A stretch of 64,000 nt of DNA, from NCBI RefSeq assembly GCF_009914755.1, contig NC_060947.1; one strand, 5' to 3'. Below are positions 22,856 through 38,900 of the stretch, one piece after another (positions within the stretch are counted from its first letter, which is position 1; each line of letters opens with the position of its first letter). A program made the position numbers and the translations under genes. This DNA is from the human T2T-CHM13v2.0 reference genome, Homo sapiens. The notes under the pieces were generated by a model, which was not told the DNA's origin, did not search any database, and worked only from the letters and a program-made list of their open reading frames with translations.

Positions 22856-25800
22856 CTTTTTTATACTTCAAGTTCTGGGATACATGTGCAGAATGTTCAG
22901 GTTTGTTACATAGGCATACGCATGCCATGGTGGTTTGCTGCACCCATCAGCCCGACGACTACATTAGGTATTTCTCCTGATACTATCTCTCACCTACCCC
23001 TCCCCCACCTCCCAACAGGCCCCGGTGTGTGATGTTCCCCTCCCTGTGTCCATGTGTTCTCATTGTTCAACTCCCACTTATGAGTTAGAACATGCAGTGT
23101 TTGGTTTCTGTTCATGTGTTAGTTTGCTTAGAATGGTGGTTTCCAGCTTCCTCCGTGTCCCTGCAAAGGACACTAAATCATTCCTTTTTATGGCTGCATA
23201 GTATTCCATGGTATATATGTGCCACATTTTCTTTATCCAGTCTATCATTGATGGGCATTTTGGTTGGTTCCAAGTGTTTGCTATTGTGAATAGTGTTGCA
23301 ATAAAAATACATATGCATGTGCCTTTATAGTAGATGATTTATAATCCTTTGGGTACAAACCCAATAATGGGATTGCTGGGTCAAATAGTATTTCTGGTTT
23401 TAGATCCTGGAGGAATTGCCACACTGTCTTGCACAATGGTTCAACTAACTTACACTTCCACCAACAGTGTAAAAGCATTCCTATTTCTCCACATCCTCTC
23501 CAGAATCTGTTGTTTCCTGTTTTATTTTAATGATCTCCATTCTAACTGGCATCAGATGGTATCTCATTGTGGTTTTGATTTGCATTTCTCTAATGACCAG
23601 TGATGATAAGGATTTTTTCATATCGTTGTTGGCCACATAAATGTCTTCTTTTGAGAAGTGTCTGTTCATATCCTTTGCCCACTTTTAGATGGGGTTCTTT
23701 GTTTATTTCTTGTAAATTTGTTTAAGTTCATTGTAGATTCTGGATAGAAGCCCTTTGTCAGATGGATAGATTGCAAAATTTTTCTCCCATTCTGTAGGTT
23801 CCCTTTTCACTCTGATGATAGTTTTTTTTTGTGTATGAAGAAACTATTTAGTTTAATTGGATCCCATTTGTCAATTTTGGATTCTGTTGCCATTGCTTTT
23901 GGTGTTTTAGTCATGAAGCCTTGCCCATGCTTATGTCCTGAATGGCATTGCCTAGGTTTTCTTCTAGGGCTTTTATGGTTTTAGGTATTATATTTAAGTC
24001 ATAAATCCATCTTGAGTTAATTTTTGTATAAGGTGTAAAGAAGAGGTCCAGTTCTAGTTTTCTACATATGGCTAGCCAGTTTTCCCAACACCATTTATTC
24101 AATAGGGAATCGTTTTCCAATTGCTTGTTTTTGCCAGGTTTGTCAAAGATCAGATGGTGGCAGATGTGTGGCATTATTTCTGAGGCCTCTGTTCTGTTCC
24201 ATTGGTCTATATCTCTGTTTTGGTACAAGTACCATGCTGTTTCAGTTACCGTAGCCTTGTAGTATAGTTTGAAGTCAGGTAGCATGGTGCCTCCAGCTTT
24301 GTGCTTTTTGCTTAGGATTGTCTTGGCTATACAAGCTCTTTTTTGGTTCCATATAAAATTTAAAGTAGTTTTTTCTAATTCTGTGAAGAAAGTCAATGGT
24401 AGCTCAATGGGGATAGCATTGAATCTATAAATTACTTTGGGCAGTATGGCCATTTACATGATATTGATTCTTCCTATCCATGAGCATGGAATTTTTTTAA
24501 TTTGTTTGTGTCCTCTCTGATTTCGTTGAGCAGTGGTTTGTAGTTCTCCTTGAAGGGGTCCTACACGTCTTTTTTAAGTTGTATTCCTAGGTATTTTATT
24601 CTTTTTGTAGCAATTGTGAAGGGAGTTCACTCATGATTTGGCTCTCTGTTTGTCTATTATTGGTGTATAGGAATGCTTGTGATTTTTGCATGTTGATTTT
24701 GTATCCTGAGACTTGGCTGAAGTTTTTTATCAGCTTAAGGAGATTTTGGGCTGAGACAATAGGGTTTTCTAAATATACAATCAGGTCAACTGCAAACAGA
24801 GACAATTTCACTTCCTCTCTACCTATTTGAATACCTTTTATTTCTTTCTCTTTCACGATTGCCCTGGCCATAACTTTCAATAATATGTTGAATAGGAGTG
24901 GTGAGAGAGGGCCTCTTTTTCTTGTTCAGGTTTTCGAAGGAAATGCTTCCAGCTTTTGCCCATTCAGTATGATATTGACTGTGGGTTTGTCATAAATAGC
25001 TCTTATTATTTTGAGATGTGTTCCATCAATACCTAGTTTATTGAGAGTTTTTAGCATGAAGTGCTGTTGAATTTTAGCGAAGGCCTTTCTGCATCTATTG
25101 AGAAAATCATGTGGTTTTTGTCATTGGTTCTGTATGTGATGGATAACTGTATGTGATGTTAAACCAGCCTTGCATCCCAGGGGATGAAGGCAACTGATCT
25201 TGTTATGTAAGATTTCTGATGTGCTCCTTGATTTGGTTTGCCAATATTTTATTGAGGATTTTCACATGGATGTTCATCAGGGATATTGGCCTGAAATTTT
25301 CTTTTTTTGTTGTGTCTCTGCCAGGTTGTGCTGTCAGGATGATGCTGAACTCATAAAATGAGTTAGGGGGGATTCCCTCTTTTTCTATTGTTTGGAATAG
25401 TTTCAGAAGGAATGGTACCAGCTCCTCTTTGTACCTCTGGTAGAATTCGGCTGTGAATCCTTCGGTCCTGGGGTTTTTTTGGTTGGTAGACTATTAGTTA
25501 CTGCCTCAATTTCAAAAATGTGTTATTGATCTATTCAGGGATTCAACTTCTTCCTGGTTTATTCTTGGGAGGGTGTATGTGTTCAGGAATTTATCCATTT
25601 CTTCTAGATTTTCTAGTTTATTTGTGTAGAGCTATTTCTAGTATTCTCCAATGGTAGTAGGTATTTCTGTGTGATCAATGCTGATATTTCCTTTATCATT
25701 TTTTTATTGTGAGTATTTGATTCTTCTCTGTTTTCTTCTTTATTAGTCTGGCTATCAATCTATTTTGTTAATGTTTTCAAAAAACCGGCTCCTGTATTCT

Positions 25801-28800
25801 TTGATTTTTGAAGGTTTTTTCATGTCTCTATCTCCTTCAGTTCTGCTGTGATCTTAGTTATTTCTTGCCTTCTGCTAGCTTTTGAATTTGTTTGCTCTTG
25901 CTTCTCTAGTTATTTAATTGTGATGTTGGATGTCAATTTTTGATCTTACTGCTTTCTCCTGTGGGCATTTAGTGCTGTAAATTTCTCTCTACACTGCTTT
26001 AGCTGTGTCCCAGAGATTCTGGTACATTGTACCTTTGTTCTCATTGGTTTTAAAGAATTTATTTATTTGCACCTTCATTTTGTTATTTACCTAATAGTCA
26101 TTCAGGAGCAGGTTGCTCAGTTTCCATGTAGTTGTGGGTTTTGAGTGAGTTTATTAATCCTGAGTTCTAATTTGATTGCACCGTGGTTTGAGTGACTGTT
26201 ATGATTTCCATTATTTTACATTTGCTGAGGAGTGTTTTACTTCCAACTATGTGGTCAGTTTTAGAATAAGTGTGATGTAGTGCTCAGAAGAATGTATATT
26301 CTGTTGATTTGTGGTGTAGATTTCTATAGATGTCTATTAGTTCCGCTTGGTCCAGAGCTGAGTTCAAGTCCTGAATACCCTTGTTAATTTTCTCTCATTG
26401 ATCTGTCTAATATTGAGAGTGGAGTGTTAAAGTCTCTCTCTATTATTGTATGGGAGTCTTAATCTCTTTTTAGGTCTTTAAGAACTTGCTATATGAATCT
26501 GGGTGCTCCTGTATTGGGTGCATATATATTTAGGATAGTTAGCTCTTCTTGTTGCATTGATCCCTTTACCATTATGTAATGCCCTTCTTTGCCTTTTTTT
26601 TTTTTAGTCTTTGTTGGTTTAAAGTCTGTTTTATCAGAGACTAGATTGCAACCCCTTCTCTTTTTATGCTTTCCATTAGCTTGGTAAATCTTCCTCCATC
26701 TCTTTATTTGAGCCTATGTGTGTCTTTGCATGTGAGATGGGTCTCCTGAATACAGCACACTGATGGATCTTGACTATTTATCCAATTTTCCCATCTGTGT
26801 CTTTTATTTGGGGGCATTTAGCCCATTTACATTTAAGGTTAATATTGTTATGTGTGAATTTGATTCTGTCATTATGATGCTAGCTGGTTATTTTGCCCAT
26901 TAGTTGATGCAGTTTCTTCATAGTGTCAATGGTCTTTACAATTTGGTATGTTTTTACAGTGGCTGGTACCAGTTGTTCCTTTCCATATTTAGTGCTTTCT
27001 TCAGGAGCTCTTGTAAGGCAGGACTGGTAGTGACAAAATCTCTCAGGATTTGCTTGTCTGTAAATAATTTTATTTCTCCTTCACATATGAAGCTTATTTT
27101 GGCTGGATGTGAAATTCTGGTTTGAAAATTCTTTTCTTTAAGAGTGTTGAATATTTGCCACCACTGTTCTGGCTTGTAGGGTTTCTGCAGAGAGATTCAC
27201 TCTTAGTCTGATGGACTTCCTTTTGTGGGTAACCTGAACTTTCTCTCTGGCTGCCCTTAACATTTTTTTCTTCATTTCAACCTTGGTGAATCTGATGATT
27301 ACGTGTCTTGTGGTTGCTTTTCTCAAGGAGTATCTTTGTAGTGTTCTCTGTATTTCCTGAATTTGAATGTTGGCCTGTTAGGTTTGCTAGGATAGGGAAG
27401 TTCTCCTGGACAATATCCTGAAGAGTGTTTTCCAACTTGGTTCCATTCTTCCTGTCACTTTCAGGTACACCAATCAAACATAGATTTGGTCTTTTCACAT
27501 AGTCCCATATTTTTTGGAGGCTTTGTTCATTGCTTTTCACTCTTTTTTCTCTAATCTTGTCTTCTCATTTTATTTCATTGAGTTGCTCTTCAATCTCTGC
27601 TGTGTTTTTAAGCTCCATCAGGTCATTTATGTTCTTCTCTAAACTGGTTATTCTAGTTAGCAATTCCTCTTACCTTTCCTCAAGGCTCTTAGCTTCCTTG
27701 CATTGGGTTGCATCATGCTCCTTTAGCTCAGAGGAGTTTGTTATTGCCCACCTTCTGAAACCTACTTCTGTCAATTCATCAAACTCATTCTCTGTCCAGT
27801 CTTGTTACCTTGTTGGTGAGCAGTTGTGATCTTTTGGAGGAGAAGAGGTGTTCTGGTTTTTGAAATTTTCAGGTTTTTTGCTCTCGTTTTTCCTCATCTT
27901 CATGGATTTATCTACATTTGGTCTTTGATATTGGTGACCCTCAGATGGGGTTTCTGTTTGGATGTCATTTTTGTTGTTGTTGATGCTATTTCTTTCTGTT
28001 TGTTAGTTTTCCTTCTAACAGTCATGCCCCTCTGCTGCAGGTCTGCTGGAGTTTGCTGGAGGTCCACTCCAGACCCTATTTGCCTGGGTATCACCAGTGG
28101 AGGCTACAGGACATCAAAGATTGCTGCTTGTTCCTTCCTCGGGAAGCTTCATCCCAGAGTGGTACCCACCACATGCCAGCTGGAGCTCTCTTGTATGAGA
28201 TGCCTGTCGATCTTTGTTTGGAGGTGTCTCCCAGTCAGGAGGTATGGGGGTCAGGAAACAACTTGAGAAGGCAGTTTGTCCCTTAGCAGAGCTCTAGCAC
28301 TGTGCTGGGAGATCTGCTACTCTCTTCAGAGCCAGCAGGCAGGAACGTTTAAGTCTGCTGATGCTGCACCTACAGCCGCCCCTTCTCCCAGGTGCTCTGT
28401 CCCAGGGAGATGGGAGTTTTATGTATAAGCCCTTGACTGGGGCTGCTGCCTTTCCTTTGGAGATTCCCTTCCTAAAGAGGAATAATCTAGAAAGGCAGTC
28501 TGGCTACAGCAGCTATGCTGAGCTGCAGTGGGCTCCACCTGGTTTGAACTTCCCAGTGGCTTTGTCTACACTGTGAGGGGAAAACTCCCTACTGAATCTA
28601 CAGTAATGGTGGACAACCCTCCCCCAACCAAGCTTAAGCATCCCAGGTAGACTTCAGACTGCTGTGCTGGCAGTGAGAATTTCAAGCCAGTGGATCTTAG
28701 CTTGCTGGGCTCCATGGGGGTGGGATCCATTAAGCAAGACCACTCGACTCCCTGGCTTCAGCCCTTTTTACAAGGGAGTGAAATGTTCTGTCTGGCTGGC

Positions 28801-29240
28801 ATTCCACTCACCACTGGTATATAAAAAACAACTCCTGCAGCTAGCTCAGTGTCTGCCCAAATGGCCGCCCAGTTTTGTGCTTGAATCCCAGGACTCTGGT
28901 GGTGTAGGCACCTGAGGGAATCTCCTGGTCTGTGGGTTGCAAAGACCATGGGAAAAGTGTTGTATCTGGGCTGGAGTGCACCGTTCCTCATAGTACAGTC
29001 CCTCAGGGCTTCCCTTGGCTACGGGAGGGAGTTTCCTGACCCCTTGCACTTCACAGTTGAGACAACACCCCACTCTGCTTCAGCTCACCATCTGTGGTCT
29101 GCATGCACTGTCTGTCCAGTCCCAGTGAGATGAGTCAGGTACTTCAGCCGGAAATGCAGAAATTACCTGTATTCTGTGTTGATCTCAATGGGAGCTTCAG
29201 ACCGGAGCTGTTCCTATCCAGCCATCTTGCCAGCCAGCAG
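22856..29240 (-). mobile_element. Full-length LINE-1, L1PA7-like, disrupted
   Basis: 3' end agttctgggatacatgtgcagaa..; 5' end gagctgttcctatccagccatcttgccag; 13-bp TSD ctttgcccacttt (22843-22855, 29241-29253) next to TTTTT/AA. Confidence 0.95.
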
Positions 29241-31385
29241 CTTTGCCCACTTTTTAATGAGGTTGTTTGTTTTTTACTTGTTAATTTATGTTCATTATAT
29301 GTTCTGGATATTACATCTTCGTTGGATGCATAATTTCCAAATATTTTCTCCAATTCTGTAGATTTTCTGTTTACTCTGTTGATAGTTCCTATTGCAATGC
29401 AGAAGCTCTTTAGTTTAATTAGGTCTTATTTGTCAAATTTTGTTTTCATTGCATTTGTTTTTGGCATCTTCATCATGAAATCTTTGCCTGTTCCTATGTC
29501 CAGAATGGTATTGCCTAGGCTCTCTTACAGGGTGTTTATAGTTTTGGGTTTTAATTGTAAGTCTTTAATCCATCTTGAGTTAATTTTTGTCTATGGTTTA
29601 AGAAAGGGGTCCAGTTTCAATCTGTATATGGCTAACCAGTTATCACAGCACCATTTATTGAATAAGGAGTCATTTCCCCATTGCTGGTTTTGGTTGACTT
29701 TGTCAAAGGTGAGATGATTGCAGGTCTGTGGCACTACTCTTTGGCTGTCTATTCTGTTCCATTGGTCTATGTGTCTGCTTCTGTACAAGTACCATGCTGT
29801 TTTGGTTACTGTAGCCTTGTAGCATAATTTGAAGTTGGTAGTATGATGCCTCCTGCTTTGTTCTTTTTCCTTAGGATTGCCTTGGGTGTTCAGGATATTT
29901 CTTGGCTCCATATGAATTTTAAGGTAACTTTTTCAAATTCATGAAAAATTTCATTGACGGTTTGATATAAATAGCATTGAATCTGTAAATTGCTTTCAGC
30001 AGTATGACCATTTTAATAACATTGATTCTTCCTATCCATAAGCCTGGAATGTTTTTCCATTTGTTTTTGTCATCTCTGATTTATTTGAGCAGTGTTTTGT
30101 AGTTCTCACTGTAGAAATTTTTCACCTCCCTGTTGTCTGTATTCCTAGCTATTTTATTCTTTTCATGGCAATTGTGAATGCAACTGTGTTTTTGATTTGG
30201 CTTTCAGTTTGGATGTTGCTGTACAGAAATGCTACTGAATTTTGTGCATTAATTTTGTACCTGAAATGTTGCTGAAGTTTATCAGCTTAAGAAGATTTTG
30301 GGAAGACACTGTAGGGTGTTCTAGGCATAGAATCATATCATCTATAGAAATAATTTGACTGCCTTTCATCTTTTGTGGAAGTCATTTATTTATTTATTTT
30401 GCCTGGTTGCTCTAGCTAGGACACTCAGTTCCATAGTGAATAAGAATGGCAAGAGTGGGCATCTGTGTCTTGTTCCAGTTTTCAAGGAGAATGCTTCCAA
30501 CTTTTGCCCATTCAGTATGATGTTGACTGTGGATTTGTCATAGATGTATCATTGTTTTGAAGTATGTTCCTTTAATGCCTAGTTAGGGGTTTCTAACGTA
30601 AAGAGATGTTAAAACTTATCAAAATCCTTTTCTGCATCTATTTAAATAATCATGTGGTGTCTGTATTTAGTTCTGTTTATGTGATGAATCAAGTTTACTG
30701 ATTTTTGTATGTTGAACCAAGCTTGCATCCCAGGGGTTAAGTGTGCTTGATTGTGGTGGGTTAGATATTTTATGTGCTGCTGGATAAGCTTTGCTCTACT
30801 TTGACCTCATAGAATGAGTTAGGGGGAGTTCCTAGTCCTCAATTTTTTGGGGATAGTTTCAATAGGAATACTACCAGCTCTTCTTGGTACAACATGTTGA
30901 ATTCAGCTGTGAATTCATCTGGTCCTTGACTTTTTATAGTTGGTGGGGTTTTTATTACTGATTCAATTTCAGAACTAACTGTTGGTTTGTACAGGGATTC
31001 AATTTCTTCCTCGTTCATTCTTGGTAGCTTGTATGCTTCCAAGAATTTATCCATTTCTTCCAGGTTTTCTAGATTGTGTGCAAAGAGGTGTTTATCATAG
31101 TCTCTGAGGGTTTTTTGTGTTTTTGTGGGGTCAGTGGTAACATCCCTTCATCATTGTTGACTATGCTTATTTGGATTTTCTTTTTTTGCTTTATTACTCT
31201 AGCTGGTGGTCTATATATCTTGTTTACTCTTTCAAAAAACAACTCCTGGACTTATTGATGCTTTGTACATTTTTTGGTCTCAATTTCCTTCAGTTCAGCT
31301 CCAATTTTGGTTATTTCTCCTCTTATGCTATCTTTGGAGTTGGTTTCCTCTTGTTTCGCTAGTTCCTCTAGGTGTGATGTTAAGT

Positions 31386-33259
<1,874 letters not shown>

Positions 33260-35902
33260 AATTTGAGATCTTTCAAACTGTTTGATGTGGTCATTTAGCA
33301 CTATAAACTTCCCTCTTAAAGCTGCTTTAGCTGTGTCCCAGAAATTCTGGCATGAAGTATCTTTGCTCTCATTAGTTTCAAATAATTTATTTCTGCCTTG
33401 ATTTCATTGTTTGCCCAAAAGTCATTCAGGAGCACATTGTTTAATTTCTATGTAATTTTATAGTTTTGAGTTACTTTTTAGTATTAATTTCAATTTATAT
33501 TATGCTATAGTCCAAGATTGTGGTTAGTATGATTTTTTTTAATTTGCTGAAAATTATTTCATGGTCAATTGTGTGGTTGATTTTAAAGCATGTGCCATGT
33601 GCAGATGAGAAGTCTGTGTATTCTATTGTTTTTGGGTGGAGAGTTCTGTACGTGGTTTTTTGGTCCATCTGGCCAAGTGTCAGGTTCAGATTCCAAATAT
33701 ATTTGCCAATGTTCTGCCTCAATGATCTGTCTAATACTATCTGTGGAGTGTTGAAGTTTCTGACTATTGTTGTGTTGTCATCTAAGTCTCTTCGTAGGCC
33801 TCTAAGAGCTTGATGTATGAATCTCTATGCTCCTCAGTTGGATGCATATATATTTAGGATAGGTCTTCCTGTTGAATTGAGCTCTTCACCATTATGTAAT
33901 GCCCTTCTTTGTCTTTTTTGATCTTTGTTGGTTTATAGTCTGTTCTCTGTATAATTAGAACAGCAATCCCTGCTTTGTTCTGTTTTCCGTTTGCTTGGTA
34001 GATTTTTCTCCATCCCTTTACTTTGAGTCTATGGGTGTCAATACGTGTGAGATGGGTCTCTTGAAGACAGCATACTGTTGGGGATTGTTTCTTTATCCAA
34101 CTTGTTCTTGGTGCCTTTTAATTGGGACATTCAGCCAATTTATATTCAAGGTTAATATCAATATGTGCAGATTTAATCCTGTTGTCATGTTTGTAGCTGG
34201 TTATTATGCAGACTTGGTCTTGTGGTTGCTTTACAGTGTCATTGGTCTATGTACTAAAGTGTGTTTTTGTGGTGGCTGGTATTGGTCTTTTATTTCCATA
34301 TTTAGCACTCCATTAAGGACTTCTTGTAAGGCAGGTCTGGTGGTGATGAATTCCCTTAGCATTTGTTTTTCTGAAAAGAATCTTATTTCTCCTTCACTTA
34401 TGAAGATTAATTCGGCAGATATAAAATTCTTGGTTGGTTGGAATTTCTTTTCTTTAAGAATACTAAATATAGACCCCCAAACTCTTCTGACTTGCAGGGT
34501 TCCTGCTGAAAGGTCTGCTGTTAGCCTGATGGAGTTCCTTTTATAAGTGAACTGCCCCTTCTCTCTAGCTGCCCTTAACATTTTTTCTTTAATATCAACC
34601 TTGGCTAATTGGATGACTGTGTGCCTAGGGAATGGTTGTCTCATATAGTATCGTGTACAGAGTGGTTCTCTACATTTCCTGAATTTGAATGTTGGCTTCT
34701 CTAACAAGGTTGGATAAATTTTTATGGGAGATGTTTTCTTCACTCTTCTTTAATCTTTTTTCTTTATTGTTGTCTGACTAATTTTGGAGAACTAGTCTTT
34801 GAGCTCAGATACTTTCATCAGCTTGGTTGATTCTGCTGTTAATACTTGTGGTTGTATTCTGTTATTCTTGATGTGAGTTTTTCAGGTCTATCACATCAGT
34901 TTGGTTCTTTCTTAAAATGGCCATTTTGTCTATCATCTCCTATATCATTTTATTGTATTACTTACATTCCTTGGATTGGGTTTAGACTTCTAATTTTCAA
35001 TGATCTTATCTTCATTCCTATCCATATTCTGAATTCAATTTCTATGATTTCAGCCATTTCAGCCTAGTTAAGAAGCATTGCTGGAGAACTGGTGCAGTTG
35101 TTCGGAGATAAGAAGACACTTTGACTTTTTGGGTTGGCAGAGTTCTTGTGCTGGTTCTTTCTCATCTGTTTGGGCTGATGTTCCTTCAATCTTTACAGTT
35201 GCTGGCTTTAGGATTATGTTTTTTTTTGCTTTGTTTTTGTTTTCTTTGATGCCCTTGGGGATTCAAATGTGATATAAGTTGAATTCAGTTGACTGGTTTC
35301 CTTTCTGGAATATTTTAAGAGGTCAAGGCTCAGCTCAGTACTCTTGGGCTGTGTTATCTAACTCTGGGGAGCTAGTATCAAGACCCCTGCTTTGTTCTTT
35401 GGCCCTTCAAGTTAGGAATCTCCTGTGCTAGAGGGGTCCAGTTGTTCCTGGGCCACTGGCCACAGCACTCTGATGGGTGGCACCAGCCAAAGCACTCCCT
35501 TGGAATGGTGGCAGTGTGATCTATGCCTGTTAACACATGCCAGCAGCAGCAGTGCTGTGAGATCCATGTGCATTGGCTGGGGTGGGGTACTGGAAAGAGT
35601 GGGACTGCAGCTTTCCTGAATGTGTTATACTACCAGCAGTTGCAACAGTGGCAGTGGGGACAAGGTTGCCAATCTCCACACATACGTTTGCAGTGGCAAA
35701 GATGATGGTGTGGGGGTTTAGGGTAATGTATTATTTTGTTTTCTTGATAAATCTCACTCATTGTTCATTCATTTTATTTATCTTCTCAGAAAACAAGTTT
35801 ATGCCTTTGTTGAAAATCCCTACTCTTAGTTTCTATTTTATTAATTTTATTTTTATTTTTATTATGTATTTACTTCTACTTACTTTGGATTTATTTGTTC
35901 TT

Positions 35903-38900
35903 TTTTAATTTTTGTGGGTACATATTAGGTGTATATATTTATGGGGTACATGAGATGTGTTGATACAAGCATGCAATGTGAAATAAGCACATCGGGGGTA
36001 TTCACTTTCTCAATAATTTTCAAGGTATCACCTTGCCCTTTGAGTTACAATCCAATTACACACTTTAAGTTATTTTAAAACATACCATTGTCATTGACTA
36101 TAGTCATGCTACTTTGTTATCAAATAGGTCTTATTCATCCTTTCTATTTTTTTTCTACCCATTAACCATTACCACTTCCGCCTCCCCATCCAGGCCCCCA
36201 TTACACTTCCCATCTTCTGGTAACCATCCTTCTACTCTCTATGTCCATGAGTTCAATTGTTTTGATTTTTAGATCCCACAAATGAGTGAGAACACACGAT
36301 GTTTGTCTTTCTGTTCCTGGTTTATTTCACTTAACATAATGATTTCCAGTTCCATTCATGTTGTTGCAAATGACTGGATCTCATTCGTTTTATTATATAG
36401 CTGAATAGTACTTTATTGTGTATATGTACCACATTTTTTATCCATTTATCTACTGCTGGACACTTAGGTTGCTTCCAAATCTTGGCTATTGTAAACAGTG
36501 TTGCAAAAAACACAGGAGTGCAGATATCTCTTTTTTATACTTATTTCCTTTCTTTTGGGTATATACACAGGAGAGGGATTCCTGGATTCTATGGTAGCTC
36601 TATTTTTAGTTTTGTGAGAAACATCCAACTGGTCTTCATAGTGTTTGTAATAATTTATATTCCCACCAACACTGTACTAATATTCCTTTCTCTGCATGTC
36701 CTTGCCAGCATTTGTTGTTGCCTGTGTTTTTGATATAAGCCATTTCAACTAGGCCAAATTGGTATCTCACTGTAGTTTAGATTTGCATTTCCTTGATAAT
36801 AAATGAAGTTGAGCACCTTTTCATATGCCTGTTTGTCATTTGTAGGTTTTTCTAAAGAAATATCTAGTCAAATATTTGCCCGTTTTTATTAGATATTTAG
36901 ACTTTTTAGTACAGAGTTGTTTGAGTTACTTATATATTCTGGTTATTAATCCCTTGTCAGATGGGTGGTTTGCGAATATTTTCCTCCAACCTGTGGGTTG
37001 CCTTTTCACTTTGTTGATTATTTTCTTTGCTGTGCAGAAGCTTTTTAACTTAGTGTGATCCCCTTTGTCCATTTTTGCTTTGGTTGCCTGTGCTTGTGGA
37101 GTATTGCTCAAGAAATCTTTGCCCAGGCCAATGACCTGGAGATTTTCCCCTATGTTTCCTTGTGGAAGTTGCATACTTTGAGGTATTAGATTTAAGTCTT
37201 AAATCCATTTTGATTTGATTTTTGTATATAGTTATAGATAGGATTCTATTTTCATTCCTCTGCTTATGGATATCCAGTTTTGCCAGCACCATTTATTGAT
37301 GAAACTGTCTTTTTCCCCAGTGTATGTTCTTAGACCTTTGTCAAAATGAGTTAACTGTAGGTGTGTAGATTTTTTTCTGGGTTCTTTATTCTGTCCCTTT
37401 GGTCTACGTATCTGTTTTTATGTGAGTTTTATGCTGTTTTCATTATTATATCTCTGTAGTATAATTTGAAATCAGGTAATGTGATTCCTCCAGTTTTTTT
37501 TATTTTTACTTAGAATAGCTGCAGCTATTCTGGGCCTTTTATGATTCCACATGAAGCTTAGGATTCTTTTTTCTACTTCTGTGAAGAGTGTCATTGATAT
37601 TTTGATAGGGATTGCATTGAATCTGTAGCTTGCATTGGGTCATATGGACATTTCAACAATATTGATTCTTCCAATCCATGAACATGGAATACTTTTATAT
37701 TTTTCGGTGTCCTATAGTTTCCATTATAGAGATCTTTCACTTATTTTGGTAATTCCTCATATTTAATTTTATTTGTGGCTATCATAAATGGGATTACTTT
37801 TTTATTTCTTATTCAAGTCATTCACTGTTTGTTATAGAAATGCTACTGACTTTTGTATGTTGATTTCCTATCCTGTAACTTTACTAAGTTTGTTTATCAG
37901 TTCTAATAGTTTTCTTGTGGAGTCTTTAGGTTTTTCCAAATATAAGATTATATCATCTGCAAACAAGGATAATTTGACATCTTCATTTTCACTTTGGATT
38001 TTCATTAGTCTGATTGCTCTAGCTAAGACTTCGTGTAAGATGTGGAGTAACAGTGGTGACAGTGGGCATCCTGGTCATGTTTCAGATCTTAAAGGAAAGG
38101 CTTTCACTTATTCCCCATTCAGTATGATACTAGCTGTGGGTCTGTCATATATGTCTTTTATTCTGTTTAAGTGTGTTCTTTCTATACCCAGTTTTGTAAG
38201 CGTTTTTATCATAAAAAAAGTTGAAGCTTATCAAAACCTTTTTCAGCATCAGTTTAAATAATTATATGAATTTTATTCTTCATTCTGTTGATATGGTGTA
38301 TCACATTGATTAATTTGCATATGTTGAACCATCATTACATCCCAGGGATAAATCCCACTTGGTCATGATGAATGATCTTTCTACTGTATTGTTTAATTTA
38401 GTTTGCTAGTATTTTGTTGAGGATTTTTGCATCAATATTCCTAAGAGATATTGGTCTGTAGTTTTGTTTTTCGTATGTGTCTTCATCTGATTTTTGTATC
38501 AGGGCAATACTGGCCTTGTATAATGAATTTTGAAATATTACCTCTTCCTCTATTGTTTGGAATAGTTTGAGTAAGATTGGTATTAATTCTTCTTTAAATG
38601 TTTGTAATATTTCAGCAATGAAGCTATACATCCTGGGATTTTTTTTAGCAGAAGACTTTATTATGGCTTCATTCTTGTTACTTGTTATTTGTCTGTTCAG
38701 ATTTTGGATTTCTTCCTGGTTCAATCATGATAGATTCAATGGATCTAGGAAGTTGTCTGTTCTAGATTTTCCAATTTATTGGCATATTGTAGGTCACAGT
38801 AGTCATTAATGATACTTTGAATTTCTGCAGTATCAGTTGTTATGTCTCCTTTTTCAGTTCTGATATTATTTGAAAATTTTCTCTCTTTTGTTACTTAGTT

